In this document: piece after piece, positions 30,769 through 41,749 of the stretch | How the letters are laid out: every line of letters starts with the position of its first letter | Numbering within the stretch: position 1 is the stretch's first letter | NCBI GenBank assembly: GCA_050331735.1 | Contig: JBHJGN010000044.1 | Location: 40,999 to 104,998, forward strand | Direction: 5' to 3' | From: Cyanophyceae cyanobacterium | Lineage (GTDB): Bacteria > Cyanobacteriota > Cyanobacteriia > Cyanobacteriales > JBHJGN01 | DNA: 64,000 nt | Position numbers and translations under genes: made by a program | The notes under the pieces: model-generated | Databases searched by the model: none | The model's input: only the letters and a program-made list of their open reading frames with translations | What the model was told of the DNA's origin: nothing

Positions 30769-33678
30769 CTACTCGTCTTGATAAGCTTCCATCCCCTCGC
30801 AGGAGCAAACAAGATTGCGATCACCGTAGGCATTATCAATGCGTCCAACGCTAGGCCAGAACTTGTGCTCCTTGCTCCAGGAAGCCGGATAGGCGGCTTC
30901 TTGGCGGGAGTAGGGACGCTCCCAATCGTCGGTAATGAGGACGGCTGCTGGATGAGGAGCGTTCTTGAGCAGATTGTTGTGAGCATCGACCTCTCCTGTG
31001 GCGATCGCCTCAATTTCTCGCCGAATGGCAATCATCGCGTCGCAGAAGCGGTCTAGCTCCTCTTTCGACTCGCTTTCCGTTGGTTCGATCATCATCGTTC
31101 CGGCCACGGGCCACGACACGGTAGGAGCATGAAAGCCGTAGTCCATCAACCGCTTAGCAATGTCGTCTACCTCAACTCCAGCTTGCTTGCGTAAGGGGCG
31201 CAGGTCAATGATGCATTCGTGAGCAATCAGTCCCGATTCTCCCTTAAACAGAATCGGATAGTAGGGAGCGAGACGATCGGCCATGTAGTTGGCGTTGAGG
31301 ATCGCTACCTGAGTGGCTTTGGTCAGTCCGGCTGCCCCCATCATGGCAATATACATCCAGGAAATCGGCAAAATACTGGCGCTGCCCCACGGAGCCGCAG
31401 CGATCGCCCCAATAGACTGGGGGTGAAGATTAGTCCTGGATGGCTGGAGAGAGGTCTGGGGGAGAAAGGGCGCTAGATGGGCTAAAACCCCGATCGGTCC
31501 TACTCCCGGTCCACCACCCCCGTGAGGAATGCAGAAGGTTTTGTGCAGATTGAGATGGCAGACATCGGCTCCAAAGTCTCCCGGACGGCATAGACCTACC
31601 TGAGCGTTCATGTTGGCTCCGTCGAGATACACCTGACCGCCGTGGCGATGTACGATGTCACAAATTGTCTTGATGCCTTCTTCAAATACGCCATGAGTCG
31701 AAGGATACGTCACCATTAGGGCCGCTAGGCGATCGCTGTGCTTATCGGCTTTGGCTCTTAAGTCATCAATATCCACATTGCCTAACTCATCGCAGCGCAC
31801 TGCTACCACCTTCATGCCGCACATCACCGCGCTCGCCGGGTTAGTGCCGTGAGCGGACTCAGGAATGAGGCATACCTGGCGATGTCCTTCTCCTCGTTCT
31901 TGGTGATAGCGTCGAATTACCTGCAAACCCGCGTACTCTCCCTGAGACCCAGCATTAGGCTGAAGAGAGACGGCGGCAAAGCCGGTAATTTCTGCCAGCC
32001 AGCGCTCAAGCTGCTCAAAGAGCATTTGGTAGCCTTGGGTTTGGGAGCGGGGCGCAAACGGATGAATTTTGTTAAACTCTGCCCAGGAGATTGGCAGCAT
32101 TTCTGCGGCGGCGTTCAGCTTCATGGTGCAGGAGCCGAGCGGGATCATCGAGGTAGTCAGGGAGAGGTCTTTGGTTTCTAACCGATGCAGGTAGCGCAGA
32201 AGCTCGGTTTCCGAGTGATAGCGATTGAAAACCGGATCGCTTAGATAAGCACTGGTGCGCTGAAACAGGAGGGGGAGTTCTAGCCGAGCGGTGGTGAGCT
32301 CTGCCTCGATAAAAGGCAGTTCCTCTGTACCCGCAAAGAGCTGCCAGAGTTGTTGAACGTCTGCGACTGAGGTTGTTTCATCAAGGCTGATACCAACGGC
32401 GTGACGATCTAATAAACGCAGATTGATTTTCCGAACTGCTGCCGCTGCGATAATTTTCTCCGCGCCGCCGGGAATTTCGACTCGTAAGGTATCGAAGAAA
32501 GGTTCAGAGAAACTGTATCCGAGCTTGCTCAATCCGGCTGCTAACAGAAGCGTCAACTGATGAATCCGTTGGGCGATCCGCTTTAATCCCTGGGGACCAT
32601 GATAAACGGCGTAGGTAGCAGCGATGACGGCGAGGAGCACCTGAGCAGTACAGATATTGCTGGTCGCCTTGTCGCGGCGGATGTGCTGCTCTCTGGTTTG
32701 CAGAGCCAGACGCAGAGCCGGATTCCCCTGAGCATCTTTAGAAACGCCCACAATCCGTCCGGGAATTTGCCGCTTGTACGCCTCTCGCGTGGCGAAATAG
32801 GCGGCGTGAGGTCCACCGTAGCCGAGGGGAACGCCGAAGCGCTGGGTTGTGCCAACGGCAATATCGGCTCCCCATTCCCCAGGAGGAGCGAGCAGAGTCA
32901 AGCCTAACAGGTCGGCGGCCACCGTGACGAGGGCTTGGGCGGCATGAGCTTGGTCGATAAACTCCCGATAGTCATAAATTGTGCCATCGGTGGCTGGATA
33001 CTGAAGCAGCGCTCCAAAAATCGGCTGCTTGAAATCGAAGTGGTGATGATCGCCCACAATCACTTCAATTCCCAAGGGGCGAGCGCGGGTGGCGATGACG
33101 GAAATAGTTTGGGGATGACAGGCTTCCGAAACAAAGAAAGCGTTCGCTTTGGTCTTACACAATCCATAGCTCATGCTCATCGCTTCAGCAGCGGCGGTGC
33201 CTTCATCGAGGAGCGAGGCGTTGGCGATTTCTAAGCCCGTGAGGTCAATGACCAGGGTTTGAAAATTGAGGAGCGCTGCTAATCTGCCTTGGGCAATTTC
33301 AGCCTGATAGGGAGTGTAAGCGGTATACCAGCCCGGATTTTCTAAAATATTACGCTGAATCACCGGAGGCGTAATGCAGTCGTGGTAGCCCATCCCGATG
33401 CAGGAGCGAAACACTTGGTTTTGAGTGGCGATCGCTTTAAGCTGGGTTAAAGCGGCATATTCTGATTGTGCTGGAGGAAGCTGCAGCGGTTGCTCTAGGC
33501 GAATTGCTGCGGGAACGGTTTGCTCAATTAAAGCATCGAGGCTAGCAAACCCCAGCACCTTGAGCATTTGCTCGATTTCGCTCTCGCTCGGACCAAGATG
33601 CCGAGAGGCAAAAGTCTCTTCGTCTCTGTCAGTAGGGAGTGTAGCTGTTCGAGCGATAGTTGTCTCCAAATTAAGCAT
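30769..33678 (-). CDS. gcvP: Glycine dehydrogenase (decarboxylating), P protein
   Basis: [47 protein letters not shown]. Confidence 0.98.
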   Translation of the reverse strand: MLNLETTIARTATLPTDRDEETFASRHLGPSESEIEQMLKVLGFASLDALIEQTVPAAIRLEQPLQLPPAQSEYAALTQLKAIATQNQVFRSCIGMGYHDCITPPVIQRNILENPGWYTAYTPYQAEIAQGRLAALLNFQTLVIDLTGLEIANASLLDEGTAAAEAMSMSYGLCKTKANAFFVSEACHPQTISVIATRARPLGIEVIVGDHHHFDFKQPIFGALLQYPATDGTIYDYREFIDQAHAAQALVTVAADLLGLTLLAPPGEWGADIAVGTTQRFGVPLGYGGPHAAYFATREAYKRQIPGRIVGVSKDAQGNPALRLALQTREQHIRRDKATSNICTAQVLLAVIAATYAVYHGPQGLKRIAQRIHQLTLLLAAGLSKLGYSFSEPFFDTLRVEIPGGAEKIIAAAAVRKINLRLLDRHAVGISLDETTSVADVQQLWQLFAGTEELPFIEAELTTARLELPLLFQRTSAYLSDPVFNRYHSETELLRYLHRLETKDLSLTTSMIPLGSCTMKLNAAAEMLPISWAEFNKIHPFAPRSQTQGYQMLFEQLERWLAEITGFAAVSLQPNAGSQGEYAGLQVIRRYHQERGEGHRQVCLIPESAHGTNPASAVMCGMKVVAVRCDELGNVDIDDLRAKADKHSDRLAALMVTYPSTHGVFEEGIKTICDIVHRHGGQVYLDGANMNAQVGLCRPGDFGADVCHLNLHKTFCIPHGGGGPGVGPIGVLAHLAPFLPQTSLQPSRTNLHPQSIGAIAAAPWGSASILPISWMYIAMMGAAGLTKATQVAILNANYMADRLAPYYPILFKGESGLIAHECIIDLRPLRKQAGVEVDDIAKRLMDYGFHAPTVSWPVAGTMMIEPTESESKEELDRFCDAMIAIRREIEAIATGEVDAHNNLLKNAPHPAAVLITDDWERPYSRQEAAYPASWSKEHKFWPSVGRIDNAYGDRNLVCSCEGMEAYQDE

Positions 33679-33788
33679 AGATTAATTCCTAGAACGGTGA
33701 AGCGCGACGGTTGATATTCAGCGCCCACTGATATTTTGTAACAGATCTTTAATGGCTTTGTTATCTAGATAGCGATTCTTCAAAAAGC

Positions 33789-34184
33789 TTACTCTTCTCC
33801 TTCGACCTGAGCACGATACTCGCTTGCCGTTAAAGTATCTGCTGATTCGCTATCGGGGTCGTCAAGGCGCACTTTGAGTAACCATCCTTCTCCATAGGGG
33901 TCTTCTGCGATCGCTTCTGGGGACTCGATCATGACTTCGTTGCGCTCAATTACCGTACCGGAAACAGGCGGATAGAGGTCTTCTACGGCTTTCACCGATT
34001 CAATCGTGCCAAAACTTTCTCCGATGGCGATCGGATCACCGACTTCGGGCAGCTCTAAAAAAACAATGTCTCCGAGCTGATCGACGGCGAAGGCGCTCAC
34101 GCCAATGGTCGCAATTTCGCCATCAGAACGAACGTACTCATGACTGTCGAGATATTTCAAATCTTCTGGATATTCCAGCTCCAT
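33789..34184 (-). CDS. gcvH: Glycine cleavage system H protein
   Basis: [15 protein letters not shown], lipoyl IESVKA, PYGEGWL. Confidence 0.97.
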   Translation of the reverse strand: MELEYPEDLKYLDSHEYVRSDGEIATIGVSAFAVDQLGDIVFLELPEVGDPIAIGESFGTIESVKAVEDLYPPVSGTVIERNEVMIESPEAIAEDPYGEGWLLKVRLDDPDSESADTLTASEYRAQVEGEE

Positions 34185-34506
34185 CGTTTTCCTCTCCAAT
34201 AAAGCTCATGAAACTCGTGACGGTTCCTTCGTTACTATAATCTAGTCTTAATCAACTAGTCTCAATTCTCAGAAAGCAAAAGAGGGCCATCGGGAAGGAA
34301 AAAGGCAGGCCGTTCCGCTCGCTCTTCCCGTAGGTTCTCCTCCTGTGATTCGTTTCTCTTTAAAACCTTGTTGATAGGCTTCGTTTGGGGCTGGGCAGGG
34401 ACTCTTCTACAGGCTCAATCCAGCAGAATTTACTCCTCCAGGAGGGTTGGAGAAATAGAAGCAATTCGCTATCACAAAGAGGAACTTCATTACATTCAGC
34501 CAAGGC

Positions 34507-34920
34507 ATGGTTCAGTCTCAGTCGCAGGTTCCGTTAACGCTACAGCTTGACGGACTACGCAATCAGCAGGGAGTTGTTTATGTAGCTTTGTTTAACGCTC
34601 CTGAAGGCTTTCCCGACGATGGCAGTAAAGCCGTCACCGCTCAAACTTATCCAATTTCAGAGATTCCCTTGACGATTACCATCGAAGATCTGCCTTTTGG
34701 TGACTATGCCATCACAGTTTTTCATGATGAAAACGAAGACGGGAAGCTAAACACAGGCATCTTTGGAATTCCCAAAGAAGGATTTGGCTTTTCTGATGAC
34801 CCGATGATTTTGGGAGGACCACCATCGTTTAAGCAGGCTAGCTTTTTCTTTTCACCAGACAACCGCCATCTTCAAATATCGATGAAGTACCTGACGCCCG
34901 GAAAATCATCAGGGAGCTAG
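34507..34920 (+). CDS. DUF2141 family protein
   Basis: LPFGDYAITVFHDENEDGKLN...GIPKEGFGFS. Confidence 0.88.
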   Translation: MVQSQSQVPLTLQLDGLRNQQGVVYVALFNAPEGFPDDGSKAVTAQTYPISEIPLTITIEDLPFGDYAITVFHDENEDGKLNTGIFGIPKEGFGFSDDPMILGGPPSFKQASFFFSPDNRHLQISMKYLTPGKSSGS

Positions 34921-35687
34921 TACCCCCCTAGTCTTCCCTGTTTTTTAGCGATTCTTTCTGCTCGCCGGAACAGACTTAGTCCCAGCGCTAGGTAGAGACC
35001 ACCGTTGAGAAGTGCGATCGCACACTCCATCCCGCTGAGGCTGCCAGAGCGAGCCATCAACTCTCGCAGCATCCCGGCTCCGAGGGTCATGGGCAGCAGC
35101 AGCCGGAGCCACTGCAAAACTCCGGTCCAGGTTTCTGTGGGAGCCATCAGCAGAAACACCAGACCCAACTGAAGCAGGCTCAGCAGTTGACTAATCCGCT
35201 TGAAGAGAAGAGCGGTAGCAGCCAGCATAAACGCGAGTCCGTAGGCTCCGAGCAGCACCGTCACGAGCGGCAGCAGCAGGCTCGGGGGAAAGCTCAAGCG
35301 TCGCCCGGTCAGGAGGAGAGTTAACAGCAGTACCATCCCGTTTAAGACGAGCCGTAGAGTCAGGCTCGCCAAAGCTCGCGTTAGAAATACCCGGCGCGTA
35401 CCGTAGGGCGAGAGAAACACTTGTTCTAGAGTTCCTGTCTGGGCTTCAATTTGCAGACCGAAGGTAATTTCGTTGACGATAAACACAATCAGACTCCAAA
35501 GGATGTAGCCCACGACAATAGCATCGAGGCGATCGCCAAACTGCACGGCGGGACCAGAGACATACTGGACGCTCGCGAACAGAGCGTAGAAAATCAGGGT
35601 CGTAATAAACACAACGCTCAGTGCATCCACCGGATAGCGGATAAACTCAGTCCAGATGCGTTTTAGTTCAGCCAGGAATAGCTCCAT
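34917..35687 (-). CDS. ABC-2 type exporter permease
   Basis: Multiple TM helices and EAQTGTLEQVFLSP; overlaps the ATPase gene. Confidence 0.85.
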   Translation of the reverse strand: MELFLAELKRIWTEFIRYPVDALSVVFITTLIFYALFASVQYVSGPAVQFGDRLDAIVVGYILWSLIVFIVNEITFGLQIEAQTGTLEQVFLSPYGTRRVFLTRALASLTLRLVLNGMVLLLTLLLTGRRLSFPPSLLLPLVTVLLGAYGLAFMLAATALLFKRISQLLSLLQLGLVFLLMAPTETWTGVLQWLRLLLPMTLGAGMLRELMARSGSLSGMECAIALLNGGLYLALGLSLFRRAERIAKKQGRLGGY

Positions 35688-36600
35688 CGCGGTGCTCTCG
35701 AATCAGCGTTAGGAAGACTTGGGTTAAATCGGCTCGCTCCTGCTTGACTTGAAGTAGGGGCAGGGGCTTGAGAACGGCTAAGATTTGATAAAGGCCAGCG
35801 GAGTTACCTGGGTAGATAATCTGTTCGTTTTGCACAGTTGCTCCCAAGGACTGAAGCTGACTCGTTCTCTCTTCATCCAGCGCCTCAGCCACTTCAACAA
35901 TGTAGGTAGAGCCAGAAAACCGGCGGAGCAGTTCGCGGGTCGATTCAACCGCCACCAGCTTGCCAGACTGCATAATGGCTACGCGTTGAGAGATTTCCTC
36001 CGCCACGATCAGTTGATGGGTGGTTAGCAGAACAGCACACCCCTCAGCGGCAATTTCTTTAACCAATTCCTTGACGTTTTCGCTGGCTTCCACGTCGAGT
36101 CCGAGGGTAGGTTCATCTAGCAGCAGCAGCTTGGGCTGATGAACGAGCGCCACGGCGAGCGCCACTTTTTGCTGCATCCCCCGCGAGAGGTCGCGGACCG
36201 GTGTACGGTATTTATCTTGAAGACCAAACCGCTTGAGCAGATGACCTCCCTGTTGGCGGGCGGCCCTGCGGCTCATGCCTCTGAGGACTCCAAAATACTC
36301 TAGGTTTTCCTGGCAGGTAAGCCGCCAGTAGAGGTTGCGGTTTCCTTCTAGCACCGCGCCCAGTTTGCGCAAAGCTTGAGGATAGCGATGGGGGTCGCGG
36401 TCCGCAATTTTGACCCAGCCAGAATCCGGCTCGACTAACCCCGCAATCATTTTAATACTGGTAGTTTTCCCGGCTCCATTGGGACCGAGAAACGCCAATA
36501 CTTCTCCCGCCGCAATGGAGAAGGAAATGCCTCGCACTGCCTCAATTGATTTACCACTGTACCGATAGGTTTTGTGGAGGTTGGACACCTCAAGGGTCAT
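35668..36600 (-). CDS. ABC transporter ATP-binding protein
   Basis: GPNGAGKTT, LSRGMQQ, LLLDEPT. Confidence 0.93.
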   Translation of the reverse strand: MTLEVSNLHKTYRYSGKSIEAVRGISFSIAAGEVLAFLGPNGAGKTTSIKMIAGLVEPDSGWVKIADRDPHRYPQALRKLGAVLEGNRNLYWRLTCQENLEYFGVLRGMSRRAARQQGGHLLKRFGLQDKYRTPVRDLSRGMQQKVALAVALVHQPKLLLLDEPTLGLDVEASENVKELVKEIAAEGCAVLLTTHQLIVAEEISQRVAIMQSGKLVAVESTRELLRRFSGSTYIVEVAEALDEERTSQLQSLGATVQNEQIIYPGNSAGLYQILAVLKPLPLLQVKQERADLTQVFLTLIREHRDGAIPG

Positions 36601-36877
36601 AGGTAGCCGTTGCTCTGTTGACGGTTGATGGTTTGCTGGCTCTAACAGGAAGTCCCTTCTGTTTGAGCGCCCTATCTATAAACAATATTCTCTCCCTCTC
36701 GAAGCATCCTTCGCTACCAGAGCGGAGCACTTAGCTGCTGATATAGTATCAAAAATAACAATAATTTGACTCAAGCAGCCATCAATACTTGTTCGTATAG
36801 ATAGCCACGCAGTTGAGGGCGAGAAGAATTCTTGAACTCCCTTTCCCCTTGACCCTTTCCCCAGTTCTCGAATGGCC

Positions 36878-37996
36878 TTATGACCTTCTTAAACTTCTCG
36901 GATCGAGAGCATCCCGCAGACCATCTCCGAGTAAATTGAAGGCGAGGACCGTTAACACAATGAGGAGAGCAGGAGGCCAGATCAGCCAGGGCTGTAACAC
37001 CAAAATTGACGCATTGGTTGCTAGCGAGAGCAAATTTCCCCAGCTTGGGTCGGGCTGCTGAATCCCGAGTCCGATGAGGCTCAAAACCGATTCTGCGACG
37101 ATAAATCCGGGAACCGCCAAAGTGGCAGAAATGACGATATAGCTCGCCGTTTGCGGCAGGACGTGCCGCACGATAATGTAAAAAGGCTTGGCTCCCATCG
37201 CCCGGGCTGCCTGGACAAACTCTTGTTCTTTAAGGGATAGTACCTGTCCGCGAATTACCCTCGCTAGCCCTGACCAACTGATAAACGAAGTAATGAGCAC
37301 AATCAGTAAAAAGCGCTGAGCGCTGCTTAAGCCGGGAGGCAGAACGGCTGCTAGAGCAACCAGTAAATAAATTCCCGGAATCGTCATCAGCACTTCGACC
37401 AAGCGCATTAAGATGCTATCCGCCCAGCCGCCGAAATAGCCAGCGATGCCTCCAATCAGCATGCCCAGCGGGAAGGAAATGGTAATACCGACCAACCCAA
37501 TAAACAGACTAATTCTGCCGCCGTAGACGAGCCGACTAAACTGATCTCGCCCTTGTTCGTCGGTGCCGAGGATGTTGATTTTAGCTTCTCCAAGAGCACC
37601 GAATAGATGGCGGTTGCTAGGAATGCCGGGGAACACCGTGACGGCTTCCCAAGTAGGCGGTAAAGGCAAACGAATTTCAAAGAGGCGGTAGGGTCTGCCG
37701 GCCACTAATAAACGAACTGGCGCTGGCTGCTGAAAATCGACGCGGAGTTCGCGATCGCCGGTCTCTAATTCTGTTGGTCCTTGGGTGGTGGGATAAATAT
37801 GAGGGCCAAGCCATTCTCCTTGGGAAGTACGCCAGTAAATCGTTGTTGGCGGCAGTAAAGAACCGTCTGGCTGGGAAACGTATGGATCGTAAGGGGCAAC
37901 GAAATCAGCCACAATCACGGTCAGGTACAAAACCAACAAAATTGCCGCTCCAAATCGGGCCAAAAAGTTTTTTTGTAGTCGCTGCCACCAGTTCAT
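36878..37996 (-). CDS. Peptide/nickel ABC transporter permease (DppC/OppC family)
   Basis: LGTDEQGRDQFSRL, EFVQAARAMGA, HVLP, FNLLGDGLRDALDP. Confidence 0.92.
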   Translation of the reverse strand: MNWWQRLQKNFLARFGAAILLVLYLTVIVADFVAPYDPYVSQPDGSLLPPTTIYWRTSQGEWLGPHIYPTTQGPTELETGDRELRVDFQQPAPVRLLVAGRPYRLFEIRLPLPPTWEAVTVFPGIPSNRHLFGALGEAKINILGTDEQGRDQFSRLVYGGRISLFIGLVGITISFPLGMLIGGIAGYFGGWADSILMRLVEVLMTIPGIYLLVALAAVLPPGLSSAQRFLLIVLITSFISWSGLARVIRGQVLSLKEQEFVQAARAMGAKPFYIIVRHVLPQTASYIVISATLAVPGFIVAESVLSLIGLGIQQPDPSWGNLLSLATNASILVLQPWLIWPPALLIVLTVLAFNLLGDGLRDALDPRSLRRS

Positions 37997-38180
37997 GCCG
38001 CCTCCAGAGCTAGGATTAAGTGTCAGTTTAACAAAAAGCTGTTAGCTAGTAGCTATTGGCTTTCCTAAATTCATCGCTGCGCTCAGTTGTCACTTCTGTT
38101 CAAACCTTGACAGAACCGATAAGATTAAGTTATCTGCTCAATAATTTAGCTAAATTTGTGCCCTTCAGCGTGCTGGACGA

Positions 38181-38768
38181 ATGACCTACACGACTCAAGA
38201 ACTCATAGACATTTTAGATCGAGAACTGAGAGCTAATTGGAAGGGCGAGCGGGTGGTGCTGTCGTCCGCAGAGCGCCTGGATAATCCGGTAGTAGCGAAG
38301 GCGCTAAACTTGCAGAAGATTAGTAAAGTGTTCGCCTACCAAGATTTCCGCCAGCAAATTCATGCCTATCAAAGAGAACACGGTATCTCTGGCGTTATTT
38401 GGCGAACGACGACTTTTAAGGGTAAAACCCTGCGCTTTCCTGAGCTGCATAACCAGCTAGTAGTCGTTCCTGGAGACAAGGAAATCCTGATGGCGGCGAA
38501 AGCAGCAGTGGTCGCTTTTTGGTGGGAGGCGGTCGAGTCGATGAGCTTTTGGTTGGCCGGCGATCGCCACAAAAAAATCACCCCCGACTACGTGCTTTAT
38601 CTAGTGAGACAAGCAGAGTGGGCGGATTTAGATGCGGCTCAGACAGAACTGTACCTAGGCTTGTGCTGGGGAAATCCGCAAGAATGTCAGTATCGCTGGG
38701 CGAAACCCAAATCTGGCTGTAATCGCATTATTGCCGCTAGCGATCGCCCAAGCTCCATCAAGGTATAG
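38181..38768 (+). CDS. Hypothetical protein
   Basis: 195-aa ATG ORF; no family recognised. Confidence 0.7.
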   Translation: MTYTTQELIDILDRELRANWKGERVVLSSAERLDNPVVAKALNLQKISKVFAYQDFRQQIHAYQREHGISGVIWRTTTFKGKTLRFPELHNQLVVVPGDKEILMAAKAAVVAFWWEAVESMSFWLAGDRHKKITPDYVLYLVRQAEWADLDAAQTELYLGLCWGNPQECQYRWAKPKSGCNRIIAASDRPSSIKV

Positions 38769-38887
38769 TAAAATCAACACAGCACAAATTCTCAATCCAA
38801 GAGCATGATTCGGTTGTCGCAAACTCACGAACCCGAACGAGTGGCGGCGTTGAGAATCATCACTATTCACCATCAAGGACAGAAGCG

Positions 38888-39193
38888 ATGCCAGAAGCAG
38901 TGGGAGTAATTGAATCGTTGGGATTTCCATCGATCCTAGCCGCCGCCGATGCAATGGTCAAAGGGGGTCGCGTGACGCTTGTTTACTTCGACAAGGCTGA
39001 GAAAGGAAATTTTGTGGTAGCGGTGCGCGGCAGTATCTCGGAAGTCAAACCTGCCGTTGCCTCTGGACTCGCGGCGGCAGAATCGGCTTTTGGTGGCAAA
39101 GTGATGTCTTATTACATTGTGCCTAATCCACCAGAAAACGTGGTGTCGGTCTTACCCATCGAGTATACCGAGGAGGTGGAAGAGTTTCGTTGA
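38888..39193 (+). CDS. ccmK3: Carboxysome shell BMC-H protein CcmK3
   Basis: AVGVIESLGFP..LAAADAMVKGGRV...YIVPNPPENV. Confidence 0.88.
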   Translation: MPEAVGVIESLGFPSILAAADAMVKGGRVTLVYFDKAEKGNFVVAVRGSISEVKPAVASGLAAAESAFGGKVMSYYIVPNPPENVVSVLPIEYTEEVEEFR

Positions 39194-39320
39194 TGACCTA
39201 ACCCGGTCTCGTTTGTTCCCGGTTAGATTATAGTTAAAGACTGACCCACAGAAAGATTTCTTTCCAGACCCTTCTTGGGCAACAACCCTAATTATTCATT
39301 ACTACGATAGGAGATGACTC

Positions 39321-39674
39321 ATGCCGGCTCAATCTGCGGTTGGATCAATTGAAACAAAAGGCTTTCCTGGCATCTTAGCAGCAGCCGACGCTATGGTAAA
39401 AGCTGGAAGAGTGACTCTGGTAGGCTATATCAGAGTCGGAAGTGCTCGCTGGACGATTAACATTCGCGGGGATGTTTCAGAGGTAAAAACCGCGATGGCA
39501 GCGGGAATTGATGCTGTGGAAAAGGCCGAGGGCGCAACGTTAGAATCTTGGGTCATTATTCCTCGTCCTCACGAAAACGTGGTCGCGGTTTTACCCATAG
39601 ACTACAACGAGAATGTTGAACGGTTCCGCGAGGCAGTAGAACGCGCTATTCTTCCTGGCGTTTCTCGGCGTTAG
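39321..39674 (+). CDS. ccmK4: Carboxysome shell BMC-H protein CcmK4
   Basis: AVGSIETKGFPGILAAADAMVKAGRV...WVIIPRPHENV. Confidence 0.9.
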   Translation: MPAQSAVGSIETKGFPGILAAADAMVKAGRVTLVGYIRVGSARWTINIRGDVSEVKTAMAAGIDAVEKAEGATLESWVIIPRPHENVVAVLPIDYNENVERFREAVERAILPGVSRR

Positions 39675-39739
39675 TAGAGCTCAGTCCTGCTTCGGGACAA
39701 GAGACCCTGGCCTAATCCCATAGATCCTTAGAGCAGGAA

Positions 39740-40270
39740 TTACGAGCGCCGGAACCAAGTTCCGGCCACTCCTTGGCTGGGGCGAAGATTAGTAAGGAGG
39801 CGCTGACTCATAGCCCTTAGATACAGAAACACCGGAAATTGATAGTACTGCACCACTAACCAACCGATAAACGCGAGGTGGAGTGAGAAGGTTAATAGCG
39901 TCCAAAAGAGCGGCAACCAGCTCAACGGACTATCGGGGACAGGAGGAAATAAGTATCCGGCCACGCCAACTAGAGTAGGAGGAAACACAATAAAAGCAGC
40001 TCCGGCCACCCAATAAACCCACGTTGGTTCCGTTCCGTCTCGATACACCCCTTTCCAAATCCGACCATCCCAGCACCAGGTTAAGGGAAGCTGGCTGTCT
40101 GCCATTTTCAGCAACTGTTTCTCTAAATTGGCAACAAAGATATGGCGGCAAAAGTTACAGGAAAAGGTGTCTTCCATCAGCGGCATAGCGGAAATTTGAC
40201 CGTGACGACAGACAGGACAGGTATAAACGCTGCCATAGCCAAAAGGAGTAAATTCAGGTAAATGGGGCAT
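39740..40270 (-). CDS. Hypothetical membrane protein with an N-terminal Zn-ribbon
   Basis: CPVC...CNFC followed by two hydrophobic helices. Confidence 0.75.
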   Translation of the reverse strand: MPHLPEFTPFGYGSVYTCPVCRHGQISAMPLMEDTFSCNFCRHIFVANLEKQLLKMADSQLPLTWCWDGRIWKGVYRDGTEPTWVYWVAGAAFIVFPPTLVGVAGYLFPPVPDSPLSWLPLFWTLLTFSLHLAFIGWLVVQYYQFPVFLYLRAMSQRLLTNLRPSQGVAGTWFRRS

Positions 40271-40369
40271 AGAAATCGCATACTTTGAGATAAAAGTACA
40301 GTCGGTGCTAGATTTTCTGCTAGCAATTTTTTCTCGCTGTTAACGAGAGCATGGGTATTAAATGACTAG

Positions 40370-40849
40370 TTAAGCCAGATTCGGAGGAATATCAGAGCGA
40401 GATGCCGTATTGAGCTGCTGAAGTTGAGTTTGAATCAACTGATAGAGAGCGATCCGACCAATTTCGATGCCGGTTGATAAATCTCCCGGAGTATCTAGAA
40501 ACAGGGCACTGTCTATCTGTTTGAGAGCAAAAAGCTGGAACAGAATTTGCGTAACTGGTACAGGCAGGGCTAAGAGTTGCGGATCGGCAGTTCCCTGACT
40601 GTTGGCAGCATCTTGAACAGTGGCAAACGCATAAATGACCTTTTTCTCTTGCTGAGGCTGAGTGCGGCTGCGAAGCGTTGTCGTTACCCAGCCTTGGTCT
40701 AAGCTCTGCACGACGTAGTATTGAAGATGCTGTAGTTTGGTGGCGATCGCTTTTAAAACAGGAGCAACTGCTTTTTGCATCACCGAAGACGGTACGCCGT
40801 GCTGAGGCGCTTCATGAATGAGAACTTGAAGTTGTTGGTCTAAATCCAT
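40370..40849 (-). CDS. Hypothetical cyanobacterial protein
   Basis: 159-aa ATG ORF ending IPPNLA; no function recognised. Confidence 0.7.
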   Translation of the reverse strand: MDLDQQLQVLIHEAPQHGVPSSVMQKAVAPVLKAIATKLQHLQYYVVQSLDQGWVTTTLRSRTQPQQEKKVIYAFATVQDAANSQGTADPQLLALPVPVTQILFQLFALKQIDSALFLDTPGDLSTGIEIGRIALYQLIQTQLQQLNTASRSDIPPNLA

Positions 40850-40940
40850 TACTTAAGGAAGGCTGGCCATACTTTTAGGATACTCCTCATTTCTCTAACT
40901 GGGGGGTTAATTCAGATTAAGCTTAAGAGCAGATTGGTTG

Positions 40941-41678
40941 ATGACACTTTCATTTTGGACAAAAACAAGCGGCACCTGGATCAACGTACTGACGGTTCTA
41001 GCGGGAACGGCTCTCGGCTTAATGCTCAACCGTCTTCCGCAAAGCTGGCTGCGGATCGTTGCTCAGGGAGTTGGGTTGTTGACTCTGTGGCTTGGTTTAA
41101 CCATGTCGGGCAGCTTAACCCAGGTGCAAGCCGGAGTCGATGGGGCCGTATTGGGACTGCTGGCGATCGCCTTGGGTGGCATCATCGGAGAGTGGTGGCA
41201 GCTTGAAGAACGCTTAGCGGCAGTAGGCGACTGGCTCAAACAGCGCTTTCGCGGTCAAGGACGCTTTACCGAGGGGTTTGTCGCAGCTAGCCTGCTATTC
41301 TGTGTCGGTCCGATGACCCTGATTGGCAGTCTCAACAATGGTCTGAGCGGAGATAACACGCTGCTCACTCTCAAAGCCGCGATGGACGGTATTGCGGCGC
41401 TCGTTTTTACCAGTACCTACGGCATTGGCGTAGGATTTTCTACCTTAGTCATTCTTGTTTATCAGGGCGGACTTTCTCTGGCGGCTGGTACGCTCGCAAC
41501 AGCCATCGGAGATCCGGCAACAGATCCGCGCGTTGTGCTCGCTACCGGAGTCGGGGGACTGATGATTATGGGAATTGGGCTAAATTTGCTAGAAGTCACA
41601 AAAATTCGCGTTGCTTCTTTCCTCCCCGCACTGCTGCTAGCCCCGGTCATTTATGGAGTGGCTCAATGGCTGACATAA
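40941..41678 (+). CDS. DUF554 membrane protein
   Basis: GTWINVLTV, EGFVAASLLFCVGPM, LKAAMDG. Confidence 0.9.
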   Translation: MTLSFWTKTSGTWINVLTVLAGTALGLMLNRLPQSWLRIVAQGVGLLTLWLGLTMSGSLTQVQAGVDGAVLGLLAIALGGIIGEWWQLEERLAAVGDWLKQRFRGQGRFTEGFVAASLLFCVGPMTLIGSLNNGLSGDNTLLTLKAAMDGIAALVFTSTYGIGVGFSTLVILVYQGGLSLAAGTLATAIGDPATDPRVVLATGVGGLMIMGIGLNLLEVTKIRVASFLPALLLAPVIYGVAQWLT

Positions 41679-41700
41679 AGCGCCTTCGGCGCGGGAAAAA

Positions 41701-41749
41701 AGTTGCTCCGCAACGGGACATTTTCCCCTTTCCCCGTCGCGGAGCGACT
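41701..41749. repeat. REP/MITE-like palindromic element (complete, short); forms a terminator-like hairpin on the minus strand
   Basis: AGTTGCTCCGCAACGGG-N15-CCCGTCGCGGAGCGACT, preceded by an A tract; abuts the MFS stop. Confidence 0.75.

Noticed and set aside
33679..34500. Glycine riboswitch upstream of gcvH/gcvP
   Set aside because: I found no GGAGAG...CCGAAG...CTCTCAGG aptamer pattern on the minus strand.
34261..34550. 60-aa ORF or a Uma2-like remnant
   Set aside because: No convincing motif in the frames I read, and multiple stops.
34917..34920. Convergent genes sharing CTAG as both stop codons
   Set aside because: A common compact overlap with no further signal.
38888..39674. Novel microcompartment locus
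   Set aside because: A ccmK3-ccmK4 satellite pair apart from the main ccm operon is normal in beta-cyanobacteria.
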